DNA from: a virus
DNA: 64,000 nucleotides
Virus record (IMG/VR): IMGVR_UViG_3300012351_000007
Span: 1-64,000 of that record
Strand: one strand, 5' to 3'
Positions within the stretch are counted from its first letter, which is position 1. Each line of letters opens with the position of its first letter. Below the pieces are notes generated by a model. The model searched no databases. It worked only from the letters and a program-made list of their open reading frames with translations, and was not told where the DNA came from. The translations under genes and the position numbers were made by a program. Shown piece after piece: positions 47,059 to 55,391 of this stretch.

Positions 47059-47660
47059 GCCGCCACCGCCCTCAGGTGCCGAGGGACCACCGTCGCAACC
47101 TTCGCCTGCTGCTCCGCAGACAGGCCGAGGTCGTCGAGGATGGCCCGGATCACCGAGGCGAGTAGTTGGCCCTGTTGCTCGGCCAGCCGCACCCGGCGTT
47201 CCTCCACGCCAGCCTGGATGGCCGCCTTGCACACGTCGAGCAGGTGCCGGCGTTCTTTGTAGTACAGGTCCAGCCACACGTTCGGCGCCGCAGCATGGGT
47301 CACGTCAACCCCGACGAACTCCCCGGCGCCCTTGTCGACCTCTTCCGTCTTCCCCCAGACCAGCGCATCACGTTCGATGGCCTGGACCTGCTGGCGTAGC
47401 CACGCCACATGCCCGGCGGTCCACTTCACCTCGTCGAGAAGAGCCTCCGTAGGGGACACATCGACGGGAAGGCCGTAGGTCTGTACCGCCTGCTCCGCCG
47501 CCTCGTCCTGAAGCCGCCGTTCGGCGGCAGCCAGGGCGCGAGGCGAGTTGCCGCCGTGAGACTCGCACACCTGCTGGCCGTGGCGGGGCCACTTGCCGCA
47601 CGGCTGGCCGTTGCGCTTCCTGGCCTTGCACTTCGACCTAGGTCCGATGGGTTCGCTCAT
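47055..47660 (-). CDS. Terminase small subunit (HGG-motif N-terminus)
   Basis: CKARKRNGQPC..VCESHGGNSP; ATGA-coupled to TerL. Confidence 0.7.
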   Translation of the reverse strand: MSEPIGPRSKCKARKRNGQPCGKWPRHGQQVCESHGGNSPRALAAAERRLQDEAAEQAVQTYGLPVDVSPTEALLDEVKWTAGHVAWLRQQVQAIERDALVWGKTEEVDKGAGEFVGVDVTHAAAPNVWLDLYYKERRHLLDVCKAAIQAGVEERRVRLAEQQGQLLASVIRAILDDLGLSAEQQAKVATVVPRHLRAVAA

Positions 47661-47890
47661 GCCGCTGGGTCCGATGGGTTGACGGAACGGGGAGCGCCGT
47701 CCCGGGCCTCGACGTGCGTCACGTAGGCGTCCCGCCACCTGCGGGCGGCGTCCTGCCACTCGGGGGTCTGCGACTCCCAGCCGCCGTCAACGGAGGTGAT
47801 CAGCCCACAGGCGGTGTCCAGCAGCCACTCGGCGGCAGCGTAGGAAACGGTCACATCCGGGCCGGGTGGCCGTCCCCTGCGACGCGACAT
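47657..47890 (-). CDS. Hypothetical protein
   Basis: ATGA overlap with TerS. Confidence 0.5.
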   Translation of the reverse strand: MSRRRGRPPGPDVTVSYAAAEWLLDTACGLITSVDGGWESQTPEWQDAARRWRDAYVTHVEARDGAPRSVNPSDPAA

Positions 47891-47897
47891 GGCCCGT

Positions 47898-48023
47898 TCA
47901 GGCCCGGACGGTGATGGCGTAGCCGATGACGGTCGGGTCGTCGTCGGAGCGGGTGATCCGGCCGACATCGACGAACGCCTCGAAGTGCTCGTGGGGGCAG
48001 GCGCGGTCAAGGTCGGCGGTCAC
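47898..48023 (-). CDS. Short hypothetical protein, possibly truncated
   Basis: GTGA overlap; only 41 aa (CPHEHF..). Confidence 0.3.
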   Translation of the reverse strand: MTADLDRACPHEHFEAFVDVGRITRSDDDPTVIGYAITVRA

Positions 48024-48433
48024 AGCGCGGTCCCTTCCGGTCGTGGCCACGGCGGTACCGGCTTCGGCCCGCTCCCGCTCCACGGTGCCAGCCACTGCTC
48101 GGCGATCAGCCGCGCCACCAGGTCGGTCCCGTCGGGCAGGGTGATCCGGGCGTCGCGGCGCGGGTCGTACTTGTCGGCGTGCAGCACCGTCACCGTCACC
48201 GCAGTCCCGGCAGGGAGTAGGGCTGCGAGGTTGTCGCGGGCCTCCGGACCACCCGGCTGGGCGAGCTCGCGGGCGTTGCAGCCGGCCAGCCGGATCGGTA
48301 CGTCATGCGCCCACAGCGCCACGCCGAGCAGCGGCTTCGTTGCCAGGTCGAGGGAGACGGCCAGGGAGTCGCCGTCGTGGACGTGGGAGACGACGGCGGA
48401 GGTTGGGGCAGACAGGAGGGCGTCGAGCACCAC
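48020..48433 (-). CDS. Thermonuclease (SNase)-family protein
   Basis: VHDGDS, IRLAGCNARE, G.EARD.L, DKY..R. Confidence 0.8.
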   Translation of the reverse strand: MVLDALLSAPTSAVVSHVHDGDSLAVSLDLATKPLLGVALWAHDVPIRLAGCNARELAQPGGPEARDNLAALLPAGTAVTVTVLHADKYDPRRDARITLPDGTDLVARLIAEQWLAPWSGSGPKPVPPWPRPEGTAL

Positions 48434-48462
48434 GCACCCCCGGCTTTCACCCGTCTCGGGTA

Positions 48463-48504
48463 TGGCATTCAGCCGGTATCCGGCCGGATAATAGCCGGTA
48501 TCCG
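48463..48504 (+). promoter_or_regulatory. Promoter/operator of the RHH gene
   Basis: TGGCAT-N18-GATAAT; direct repeat AGCCGGTATCCG (48471, 48493); palindrome TATCCGGCCGGATA (48477-48490). Confidence 0.5.
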
Positions 48505-48527
48505 CACCCTTGGAAGGGACGCCCCTC

Positions 48528-48734
48528 ATGCCCGTCAAGCTCACCGTCAGCCTGTCCGAGCAGGTCGTCGACGCCCTGAAGGAACTCGCCGACGAGCAGG
48601 GGACCTCGGTCACCGAACAGTTGCGGCGGGCCGTGGCGCTGCAGAAGTGGGTCAGCGACACCCGCAGCCAGGGTGGGCGGGTGCTGGTCGAGGATCCGAC
48701 CGGGGGCACCCGGGAGTTGGTGTTCCTCGGCTAG
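48528..48734 (+). CDS. Ribbon-helix-helix (CopG-like) protein
   Basis: KLTVSLS...DALKELA...GTSVTEQLRRAV. Confidence 0.75.
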   Translation: MPVKLTVSLSEQVVDALKELADEQGTSVTEQLRRAVALQKWVSDTRSQGGRVLVEDPTGGTRELVFLG

Positions 48735-49459
48735 ACCTTCGGGACCGTCACGTCGGCCTGCTGGGCGCGTAGCGTCTCCCAGTCTGACAGGCGCAGCCGG
48801 AATGATCCACTCACGCCCCACCGGTCCGACCACGAGTTATCCGCAGTCAGGTAGCCCTCCTGGCCGCCGACCCCCGGCTCGTAGCCGCGCACCAGGTACT
48901 CATGCCCACCTCGGATGTCCCCGTCGGGGTGGACGTAGCCGTCCCGGTCGGGATGGTCCATCGATGATGTCCACACGCTGCCGACCAGAACCGGCGACGC
49001 TTGTAGGGCGTGCAGCAGCCCCCAGGTCGTGAACGCCCACCCGTAGGAGGAGATGAGCCCGGTCCGCTTCGCCGCCTTCGCGACCGCGACGCCCGTGCTG
49101 CCGGAATCGACGGACGCCGGATCGCCGGGAAGGTAGTAGCCGGGGATCCGGTCGTACCTCGTGGCCAACTCGTACAGCTTGACCGCCATCGCCTCGTCGT
49201 AGCGGGGCGCGTCGGTGGTGCTCTGGCAGTGCGGGGCGCAGCCAAGCCAGCCCGCCATGGCATTCCCGGTGCAGCTGCCGACCGACCCCTGGTCCAGAAT
49301 CGGCGAGTAGCGGGGCCAGAGGATCGGGCCGGGGACGTAGGCAGGTACGGCCGCCTCGACCGCGAACGCGCGGGAACGGGGGTCGTGTTCGACGTGCCGC
49401 CCCAAGCGACCGGCGCCGGGAAGTTCGTCGGCGTAGATCACCGTTGTGATCGCCACCAC
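48731..49459 (-). CDS. Papain-like (C1A) cysteine protease
   Basis: DQGSVGSCTGNA, GGHEYLVRGY, DNSWSDRWG.SG.F. Confidence 0.85.
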   Translation of the reverse strand: MVAITTVIYADELPGAGRLGRHVEHDPRSRAFAVEAAVPAYVPGPILWPRYSPILDQGSVGSCTGNAMAGWLGCAPHCQSTTDAPRYDEAMAVKLYELATRYDRIPGYYLPGDPASVDSGSTGVAVAKAAKRTGLISSYGWAFTTWGLLHALQASPVLVGSVWTSSMDHPDRDGYVHPDGDIRGGHEYLVRGYEPGVGGQEGYLTADNSWSDRWGVSGSFRLRLSDWETLRAQQADVTVPKV

Positions 49460-49494
49460 GGAGCCCCCCGATCAGCGGTTCAAGCGAAGGCGGG

Positions 49495-49740
49495 TCAGTG
49501 CTTCCGGTAGCGGTAGAAGAGCTCGTTGGGCAGCGCCTCAAGGCTAAACGCCTCGGCGTCCGGGTCGAGCGTTGCCGGGTGCACCAACTCCCGGGTCTGG
49601 CCGACCGTGAACGTCACCGCGTTGACCGAGTGGTACTTGGCCAGTTCCTCCACGAAGCCCTTCAGCATCGCGTCGGCGTCGTCCGGCCGTCCGTTGTCGT
49701 GGATGCCGCCGCCCTCGATGTGCATCGACCACTGGCCCAT
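49495..49740 (-). CDS. Hypothetical protein
   Basis: RBS, operon position. Confidence 0.55.
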   Translation of the reverse strand: MGQWSMHIEGGGIHDNGRPDDADAMLKGFVEELAKYHSVNAVTFTVGQTRELVHPATLDPDAEAFSLEALPNELFYRYRKH

Positions 49741-49851
49741 GCCCGGTCACGTCCTCTCGCGTGCGGTTGGGGATCACCCGCCGGCCGGTCGATGCCCCTC
49801 AACACGGCCGACCGGCGGGCGACCTCATCCCCCCTGCGGATGCCCTTCGGC

Positions 49852-50181
49852 TCAGACCACCAGCATCGCGGTGACGCTGGTCGTCGCCGAGTAGTTGACG
49901 GTGACCTTGTTCGTCGAGTCGACGAAGTTGCCGAGTTTGCCGAACGCGCGGGACGTGTTCGCCCCGACGGTCACGCCGGTCTGGGCGGCGGCCAAGGTCC
50001 CAGCGGGTGTATGCCCCGGATCGACGATCGTCACCGTGGTCGGCGTCGCGGCCGCAGTCACGATCAGGACCGCGCCGTTGGCGACATCGTTGGCGTTGAT
50101 GGTGTCCCCCGAAGCGACGGCGACGCCCGTGCAGACGGGGCCGGTCGGGTCGCCGGTGACGGCCGTGTACAGGGTGGTCAT
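49852..50181 (-). CDS. Putative virion beta-rich protein
   Basis: GAGGAGG RBS; Thr/Val/Gly-rich. Confidence 0.6.
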   Translation of the reverse strand: MTTLYTAVTGDPTGPVCTGVAVASGDTINANDVANGAVLIVTAAATPTTVTIVDPGHTPAGTLAAAQTGVTVGANTSRAFGKLGNFVDSTNKVTVNYSATTSVTAMLVV

Positions 50182-50268
50182 GGCGAAGGGCCTCCTCGGC
50201 GGTCGGGGGTCGGTGACCGCCAAGGAGGCGGCAGGGGGTCAGGTCAGCGATTGCGGCAGCCACCCGAC

Positions 50269-50493
50269 CTAGAGAGGGTCAGAGGAGTCGGCCTTGCGGC
50301 CACCCAGGGCCGCGACAGCCCCGACGGCATGCTCCAGCACGATCGCGTACAAGGAGACAAAAACCAAAAACGGCACCGAGGAACGCCACGCGGTCATTCC
50401 CGGTATGCACAGTCCGGCCCAGACGACGGCGCCGATGGCATGCACCCAGAACCAGACCCGGGGGCTGGTCAGCGGGTGGCGGACCCGGGGCAT
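50269..50493 (-). CDS. Small 2-TM membrane protein
   Basis: GGGAGG RBS; hydrophobic. Confidence 0.55.
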   Translation of the reverse strand: MPRVRHPLTSPRVWFWVHAIGAVVWAGLCIPGMTAWRSSVPFLVFVSLYAIVLEHAVGAVAALGGRKADSSDPL

Positions 50494-50721
50494 CCGCCCT
50501 CCCGGGGGGTTGTGGGTGCGCGGCCGGACGGCGAGGTTCCAGCCGCGCACGTTGGGAGGGTCCGGGCCAGCCAGGGGGGCTCGCGGCGAGCATGGGTACA
50601 AGACGCGAGAACTACGCCAGCCAGCTAGCCCGGACCATCCGGGAGGTGTGAACCGGCGCATTCGATGCCAGCGGGCGCAGAACGGTCCACGCTAGGCAGC
50701 CTTGCTCATCTGGGGTCAGGG

Positions 50722-50970
50722 TCAAGCGACACGCCGGTCCCTCTTGCCCAGTTTTTTCCCGGTTCGGTAGGGCCTCGCCTGAATCCCGGCCAGGAGGTCC
50801 AGGGCGAGCAGGTTGTCGTACAGCGGCCGCCCCGTCGCCCGGTCGTACTCGGCGGCCGGGCAGTAGCGGCGGACCGTGGCTTCGGACACCGCCAGGTCGT
50901 GGTAGCGCAGCAGCGCTTCGGCGTCCATCAGCGCGTAGTTGCGGGCGGGGTCGATCGGCAGCACGATCAT
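50722..50970 (-). CDS. Small HTH DNA-binding protein
   Basis: VSEATVRRY....D..TGRPLYD. Confidence 0.55.
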   Translation of the reverse strand: MIVLPIDPARNYALMDAEALLRYHDLAVSEATVRRYCPAAEYDRATGRPLYDNLLALDLLAGIQARPYRTGKKLGKRDRRVA

Positions 50971-51009
50971 CTTCCGATCGTGGCACCGACTGGAGCCGGG
51001 CGCAGGCGG

Positions 51010-51180
51010 TCAGGCTGACTTCCAGCCCTTCGGCATGTTCCGCTGCGCGTAGGCGAGCATCCGTCGGATCATCTCCGAGCGGTTCACGTCCTCAGTCGTG
51101 GCGCGCTGGTCGATCCAGTCGATGCCGTCCTGGGCGAGTTTGATGGCAACGAGGGGGCGCCGAGGCCCCGGGCGGGGCAT
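51010..51180 (-). CDS. Ribbon-helix-helix protein
   Basis: MPRPGPRRPLVAIKLAQDGIDWIDQRA...VNRSEMIRRML; not in ORF track. Confidence 0.7.
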   Translation of the reverse strand: MPRPGPRRPLVAIKLAQDGIDWIDQRATTEDVNRSEMIRRMLAYAQRNMPKGWKSA

Positions 51181-51437
51181 CAGGTGCCCCGCCCGACCTT
51201 GTCACGAATCCGGCCAGCCACCGACGCGGCGTACTCCCGCACCTGCTCGTCCGCATCAGCGGCGTCATCCACGATCCACTGAGCAAGTTCAGTCATTGGG
51301 CTTGCGCGCCCGACATCGACACCAGCACAGAACGCCTCGCGGATCGCGTACATGACGGCCTTGGAACTCCGGTCGCCCTCACGTACCCATCGGCTGTAGA
51401 TCCGATGCGCCTCAGGACTGAACGGTGCCGCGCTCAT
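51180..51437 (-). CDS. Hypothetical protein
   Basis: Stop/start coupled at both ends. Confidence 0.5.
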   Translation of the reverse strand: MSAAPFSPEAHRIYSRWVREGDRSSKAVMYAIREAFCAGVDVGRASPMTELAQWIVDDAADADEQVREYAASVAGRIRDKVGRGT

Positions 51438-51604
51438 CGTGCGGCCCCCTGGCAGTCAGCGCAGTTGGAGGGCCGGGCCGAAGGCCGGATCTTGCCGTGG
51501 ATGAGCGCACCACAGAGCGCGGTGTTGGAGAACGTCGGCACGATGTGAATGGTGCCGGTGTGGACGATCTGAATGTTGTCGGTGGTGGCCCAGGTCTTCG
51601 TCAT
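51434..51604 (-). CDS. 56-aa H..C..CxxC zinc-binding protein (leaderless)
   Basis: TIH..ALCG..NCADC; ATG 7 nt after a -10 box. Confidence 0.55.
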   Translation of the reverse strand: MTKTWATTDNIQIVHTGTIHIVPTFSNTALCGALIHGKIRPSARPSNCADCQGAAR

Positions 51605-51648
51605 GTGTATAACACTACACCCGCTAGGCGGATAGTGTCAAACACTAT
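51605..51648 (-). promoter_or_regulatory. Housekeeping-sigma promoter with two operator palindromes
   Basis: TTGACA(51641-36)-N18-TAGTGT(51617-12); GTGT-N3-ACAC at 51605 and 51635. Confidence 0.65.
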
Positions 51649-51953
51649 GAGACGGCGGGGTCCGGCATCGCCAGCCCCAGCGCGGGCACGCCCAGGATCT
51701 CATCGGCCCGGTACGTCTGCCCGTACAGGACCGTCCCCGGGGCGACGTGCACGTCCAGCAGCCACAAGCCACCGGGAGCCGGCAGGAACGGACCACCCTC
51801 GGGGGCCCGACCCACCACCTCGGCAAGGCAGATCACCGACGGGGAGTCGTCCTCCACCGCCGCAGCGCGACCTACCGCCACCATGACGGCCAGGCCAGGC
51901 TTCAACATGCCCGGGGGAACCCCGAGCCCTTCCCAACGGTCGGTATCTGCCAC
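51645..51953 (-). CDS. Hypothetical protein
   Basis: ORF only. Confidence 0.4.
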   Translation of the reverse strand: MADTDRWEGLGVPPGMLKPGLAVMVAVGRAAAVEDDSPSVICLAEVVGRAPEGGPFLPAPGGLWLLDVHVAPGTVLYGQTYRADEILGVPALGLAMPDPAVS

Positions 51954-52042
51954 GGGATCAGGCTAGCGGGCGGCGGCGGAGAACCAGGGAAGGCGCCGCG
52001 GCGGCCAGCGGACTACGCCGACCGCCGCAGGCTCTACAGTGA

Positions 52043-52171
52043 TCAGATGCGCGTCGCCACGATGTAGACGGACACAGCCACAACGACGATGACGCAGAGT
52101 CGGACGGTCCGGGAGTTGCCAGCCAGCGCGTACCGGATCGTCCGACCCACCTCCCCGAAGAGGGTCTTCAC
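52043..52171 (-). CDS. 42-aa single-TM peptide
   Basis: GGAGGT RBS; MKTLFGEVGRTIRYALAGNSRTVRLCVIVVVAVSVYIVATRI. Confidence 0.5.
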   Translation of the reverse strand: MKTLFGEVGRTIRYALAGNSRTVRLCVIVVVAVSVYIVATRI

Positions 52172-52434
52172 GTTTCACCTCCCCTCACGCTAGATGCGTG
52201 AGGGGCACCCTAACCCCGCCCCGTTCCGTCCCCATATGTCCCGATCTTCCGGAGCTCGTCGGAGGCCAGCCGACCAACGGGTCGCCGCTGAGCCGCCAGA
52301 ACGGCTCGGGGGTATACCGGGGCACCGTCCGGCGAGGCGGCCGCGGCAGAGGCTCTGGCGTGGATCAAGGCGTCTGACGAGCGGGAATGCGGCCACTCCG
52401 GGAGCCAGGTTCTACCGTCTGACACAATGACCAG

Positions 52435-52704
52435 GTGACGCGCATGTTCTACTTCGGCCTCGGCTGCTTCGTTGCCGGATGGGTTTTGGCTGGCTGGCTG
52501 GAACACAACCACATCGCCATCGGATGGGACGCGCTCATCCTCGTCGCGTCGCTGCTCGTCATGGCTGCGGTTCACGACCGGTTGGTCCGACGTCCGACTC
52601 GTCGCGATCGTGAGCAAACAGGCCAGCGAGAGCATTCGCCGCCAGAGACGCCGCCTGGAAACTGTCACCCATCCAACGCAAACAGATCTCGTCGGTTGAC
52701 CTGA
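52435..52704 (+). CDS. Small 2-TM membrane protein
   Basis: Two hydrophobic segments; possibly leaderless. Confidence 0.35.
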   Translation: MTRMFYFGLGCFVAGWVLAGWLEHNHIAIGWDALILVASLLVMAAVHDRLVRRPTRRDREQTGQREHSPPETPPGNCHPSNANRSRRLT

Positions 52705-52929
52705 TTAGGATGTCCCGGACGAACCGAGCCTCGGGCGTCGTGACGCCTCCGCAATAGTCAAGCGCGGTATATCCGGGCCGCTCGTGCCCCAGGAGTGCGG
52801 ACACCGCGACCATTTGAATCAGTGTGGCCGCCAGGCGGTTGCCGTCGAGGTCGCAGACAGGTGGACGACCCCCGTTGGGTATTGATCCACCATCGCTGGA
52901 TGCTGTCCGCACCTCGCCAAAGGCTGTTG

Positions 52930-53337
52930 TCACAGTCCGATTCCTCTCATGGGGTTGTCGCGCCACATGTCGTACTCCACCGGGGGCGTCGGCTCAGCCC
53001 ACCCGGTTAGCGGCGACCAGTACCGCGCCACGATCCCGAGAATCACCGCCGGTGAGCGCTCGCGGTACTCCTGGAAGACGCCAGTCCGCCACCGCCACTC
53101 TCGGTTGTTACATGAGCGACACAGCCACCCTCGGATACTGCCCGTCTGGTGGTCGTGGTCAAGGACCTCCAAGGTGTCCGCGCACACTGCACATCGGCCG
53201 GCTTGCCATTCGGCGAGGACGGAGTCTCCCGTGAAGTCGGTGGCGGCTGCGGCTGCGGCACGGACGCCATCGCTGATTGGCCACTCCCAGCATGCCGGAT
53301 GCTCCGGGGCGGGCCGCCAGTAAAATACGTCAGTCAC
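52930..53337 (-). CDS. Endonuclease VII-domain protein
   Basis: WQAGRCAVC..LDHDHQTGSIRGWLCRSCN. Confidence 0.8.
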   Translation of the reverse strand: MTDVFYWRPAPEHPACWEWPISDGVRAAAAAATDFTGDSVLAEWQAGRCAVCADTLEVLDHDHQTGSIRGWLCRSCNNREWRWRTGVFQEYRERSPAVILGIVARYWSPLTGWAEPTPPVEYDMWRDNPMRGIGL

Positions 53338-54334
53338 GATCCACCCCGGCGGTGGCGGCAGCCACGAGGTAGGACGGGTCGCGGTCGAGGGATGCGCGGG
53401 CACGGTCGTAGCGCTGGGTGGTGCGCGGGTCGGCATGGCCTAGGGCGTACTGCCGCTCCTCCAGCGGCGCGCCGCGTTCCCGGGCGATGGTTGCCCAGGC
53501 ATGCCGGAACGAGTGCGGGGTGATCCTCGCCCAGGAGTTGATGCCAGCCGCTTTCGCCGAGCGGCGCACGAAGGCGGCCACCTGGAAGCGGTTGATCCGT
53601 CGCCCGTCCTCGTCAAGGAACAGCGGACCGGTCGTCCGGTCGCCGACGTATGCGGCCAGCGCGGCGGCCAAATCCGGGGGAACCGCCCGGGTACGGACCT
53701 TCCCGCCTTTCATCTGAAGAGCGGCCGTGCGGTGCCCCGAGTCGTGGCCAAGGTGCTCAACATCGAGGGCGCAGATCTCCGACACCCGGGCGCCGATCTC
53801 GACGAGGAACCCGGCAAGAGCCGCCCCGCAGGCCGGGCCGAGGAAACGGTCCTTCCTCGCCGCTTCCCGCAGCGCGGTTGCTTCGTCGGCGTTCAGCCCG
53901 ATGGTGGTCGTGTGGTCCTTATCCACTCGCGGGCGCCGGACTCGCCCGCACGGGTTCGCGGTGACCTTCCCCGCGTCGAGCAGGTAGCCGTACCACGACG
54001 AGACGACCGACAGGCGCCGCGCAAGACTCGCCGGGGAGAGCGGGCGGCCGGTTCGGGGGTTGGGGAGGTTGGCGAGCATCGCGGCGAACGCATCGACGTG
54101 GGGGCGCCGGGCGGTGAGCGGGTCCAGTGGCGGTTGGCGTTCGGCGCACCAGGCGAGCCACGCGGTGATGTCGCGGCGGTAGGCGCCACGGGTGTCGGCT
54201 GATTCCCGGAATGACAGGAGCCACGCGGCGGTGAGCGACTGGAGGTCATCGCCCTCGACCGCGGCGACCGGGTCAACGATCTCCCCGTGGATGACTGGAG
54301 CTAGCGCGGTTCTCCCGAGATCGAGATCGGTCAT
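53330..54334 (-). CDS. Tyrosine recombinase (XerD-like/resolvase type)
   Basis: TRGAYRRDI, GARVSE, KGGK, HSFRH, LGHAD..TTQRY; no arm-binding domain apparent. Confidence 0.92.
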   Translation of the reverse strand: MTDLDLGRTALAPVIHGEIVDPVAAVEGDDLQSLTAAWLLSFRESADTRGAYRRDITAWLAWCAERQPPLDPLTARRPHVDAFAAMLANLPNPRTGRPLSPASLARRLSVVSSWYGYLLDAGKVTANPCGRVRRPRVDKDHTTTIGLNADEATALREAARKDRFLGPACGAALAGFLVEIGARVSEICALDVEHLGHDSGHRTAALQMKGGKVRTRAVPPDLAAALAAYVGDRTTGPLFLDEDGRRINRFQVAAFVRRSAKAAGINSWARITPHSFRHAWATIARERGAPLEERQYALGHADPRTTQRYDRARASLDRDPSYLVAAATAGVDRD

Positions 54335-54380
54335 AGGCCCGAGGGTAGGCGTCGAGTGGCGTCCGTCGATTGTGCCGCGC

Positions 54381-54408
54381 CGCACACATAAGGGGAATTA
54401 TGTGAGGC
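54381..54408. other. dif-like recombination core site
   Basis: CGCACACATAA-GGGGAA-TTATGTGAGGC (11-6-11), ~50 bp upstream of the recombinase start. Confidence 0.7.
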
Positions 54409-54535
54409 TCGGGGTGGCGGATCGATCACCGTAACCAGCTAGATCGACAGCCGTTCACCGGATCACCCTTGCGTAGGACATCGCCTACCTGTCACCATCG
54501 ATTTCAACGGCCAGCGAAATCCGGGGAGGAGGACC

Positions 54536-54763
54536 ATGGCGATCCGCCTCGTGCGTGGCGTCCTCACCGACGGCGCCGTGGACATCAAGATCTGGAACGC
54601 ACTCGTCGCCGCCGGGGTGTCCGTCGCCGAATGCTCGTGCGGGGAGAGCGCCGACGGGGACCCGATCACCGAAGGGCGGGGGCTGACGTTCGCCGCCGTG
54701 AAGTGCCGGGGCTGTGGGGTAGAGGCGTGCCGGCCCGTCAGCCCGAGGACGGTTGCGGCCTGA
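54536..54763 (+). CDS. Small CxC..CxxC protein
   Basis: GGAGGAGG RBS. Confidence 0.5.
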   Translation: MAIRLVRGVLTDGAVDIKIWNALVAAGVSVAECSCGESADGDPITEGRGLTFAAVKCRGCGVEACRPVSPRTVAA

Positions 54764-54816
54764 CGACTCCGACCGCGCGGAGGTTGTACAGCCTCAACCT
54801 CTTGTCGTGGGCTCAT

Positions 54817-54865
54817 CGGTCAGCTCCCAGGAGACCCCCGGCTTTAGCCGTGGGGAGGAAGTCAA
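54817..54865 (+). mobile_element. 49-bp LE/RE fusion remnant of the tnpB IS
   Basis: Follows TCAT; matches 16337-16380 with one mismatch, then ends GTCAA like the RE. Confidence 0.8.
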
Positions 54866-55001
54866 AAGTGCACCCACACCCCCTTCCCCCCGCGACTGTG
54901 ATCGGCGTCACAGAGAAAGATTGTCGGTGCGGGCTGATCAGGCGCCTAAGGAGTGGGGTATCCGCACGGCCGTCGTGCCGGGTGCCGCTTCGCCGGGAAG
55001 C

Positions 55002-55202
55002 TCAACGTCCCATCTGTTCGCGAATCTCGTCCCGGATCACCGCGAGCACCCTGAGCGCAGCGTCATCGGCACCCTTGCCGCACCGGCAACCCTCGACGCA
55101 GCAGGTGGGGATCGGGTCGTCCCAGTCGGCGATGTCGTGGACCACGCCAACGTGCGGGCAGGGCGGGTCGTTCGGGCACAGCCACCAGCCGGACTCGCTC
55201 AC
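55002..55202 (-). CDS. Small Cys/His-rich protein
   Basis: CPH...HD......PTCCVEGCRCG; GTGA overlap. Confidence 0.5.
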   Translation of the reverse strand: MSESGWWLCPNDPPCPHVGVVHDIADWDDPIPTCCVEGCRCGKGADDAALRVLAVIRDEIREQMGR

Positions 55203-55387
55203 GCCGGGCGCCACTCTGCCCATTCGCGAAGCTGGCGCTGCGCCTCGGGGCTGGCCATCACGCCATCCACATAGTGCCGGCGCAGGTGGTCGATGCCCTC
55301 GTCTGGCATCCCGTCGCTTCGTAGGCCCGGCTCGTCGTTCTCGGCGAAGTAGCGCGCCGCGAGTGCCCGCATCTCGTCGTCGCTCAC
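55199..55387 (-). CDS. Hypothetical protein
   Basis: Coupled to next gene. Confidence 0.45.
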   Translation of the reverse strand: MSDDEMRALAARYFAENDEPGLRSDGMPDEGIDHLRRHYVDGVMASPEAQRQLREWAEWRPA

Positions 55388-55391
55388 CGGC

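Noticed and set aside
20617-47660. Tailocin, contractile injection system or gene transfer agent
   Set aside because: No sheath or wedge genes; full head module, long TMP and a large early region indicate a siphovirus
52559-52966. 135-aa minus-strand ORF
   Set aside because: Overlaps a convergent ORF by ~145 bp with no motif; could not decide which is real
53330-54334. Classical prophage integrase marking an attL/attR boundary
   Set aside because: Phage-like genes continue on both sides, no tRNA or host genes, and no arm-binding domain apparent; not fully excluded
54463-54816. 117-aa minus-strand ORF starting at the TCAT target
   Set aside because: Antisense to an ORF with a strong RBS and has no motifs; cannot support a second ATGA-overlap insertion
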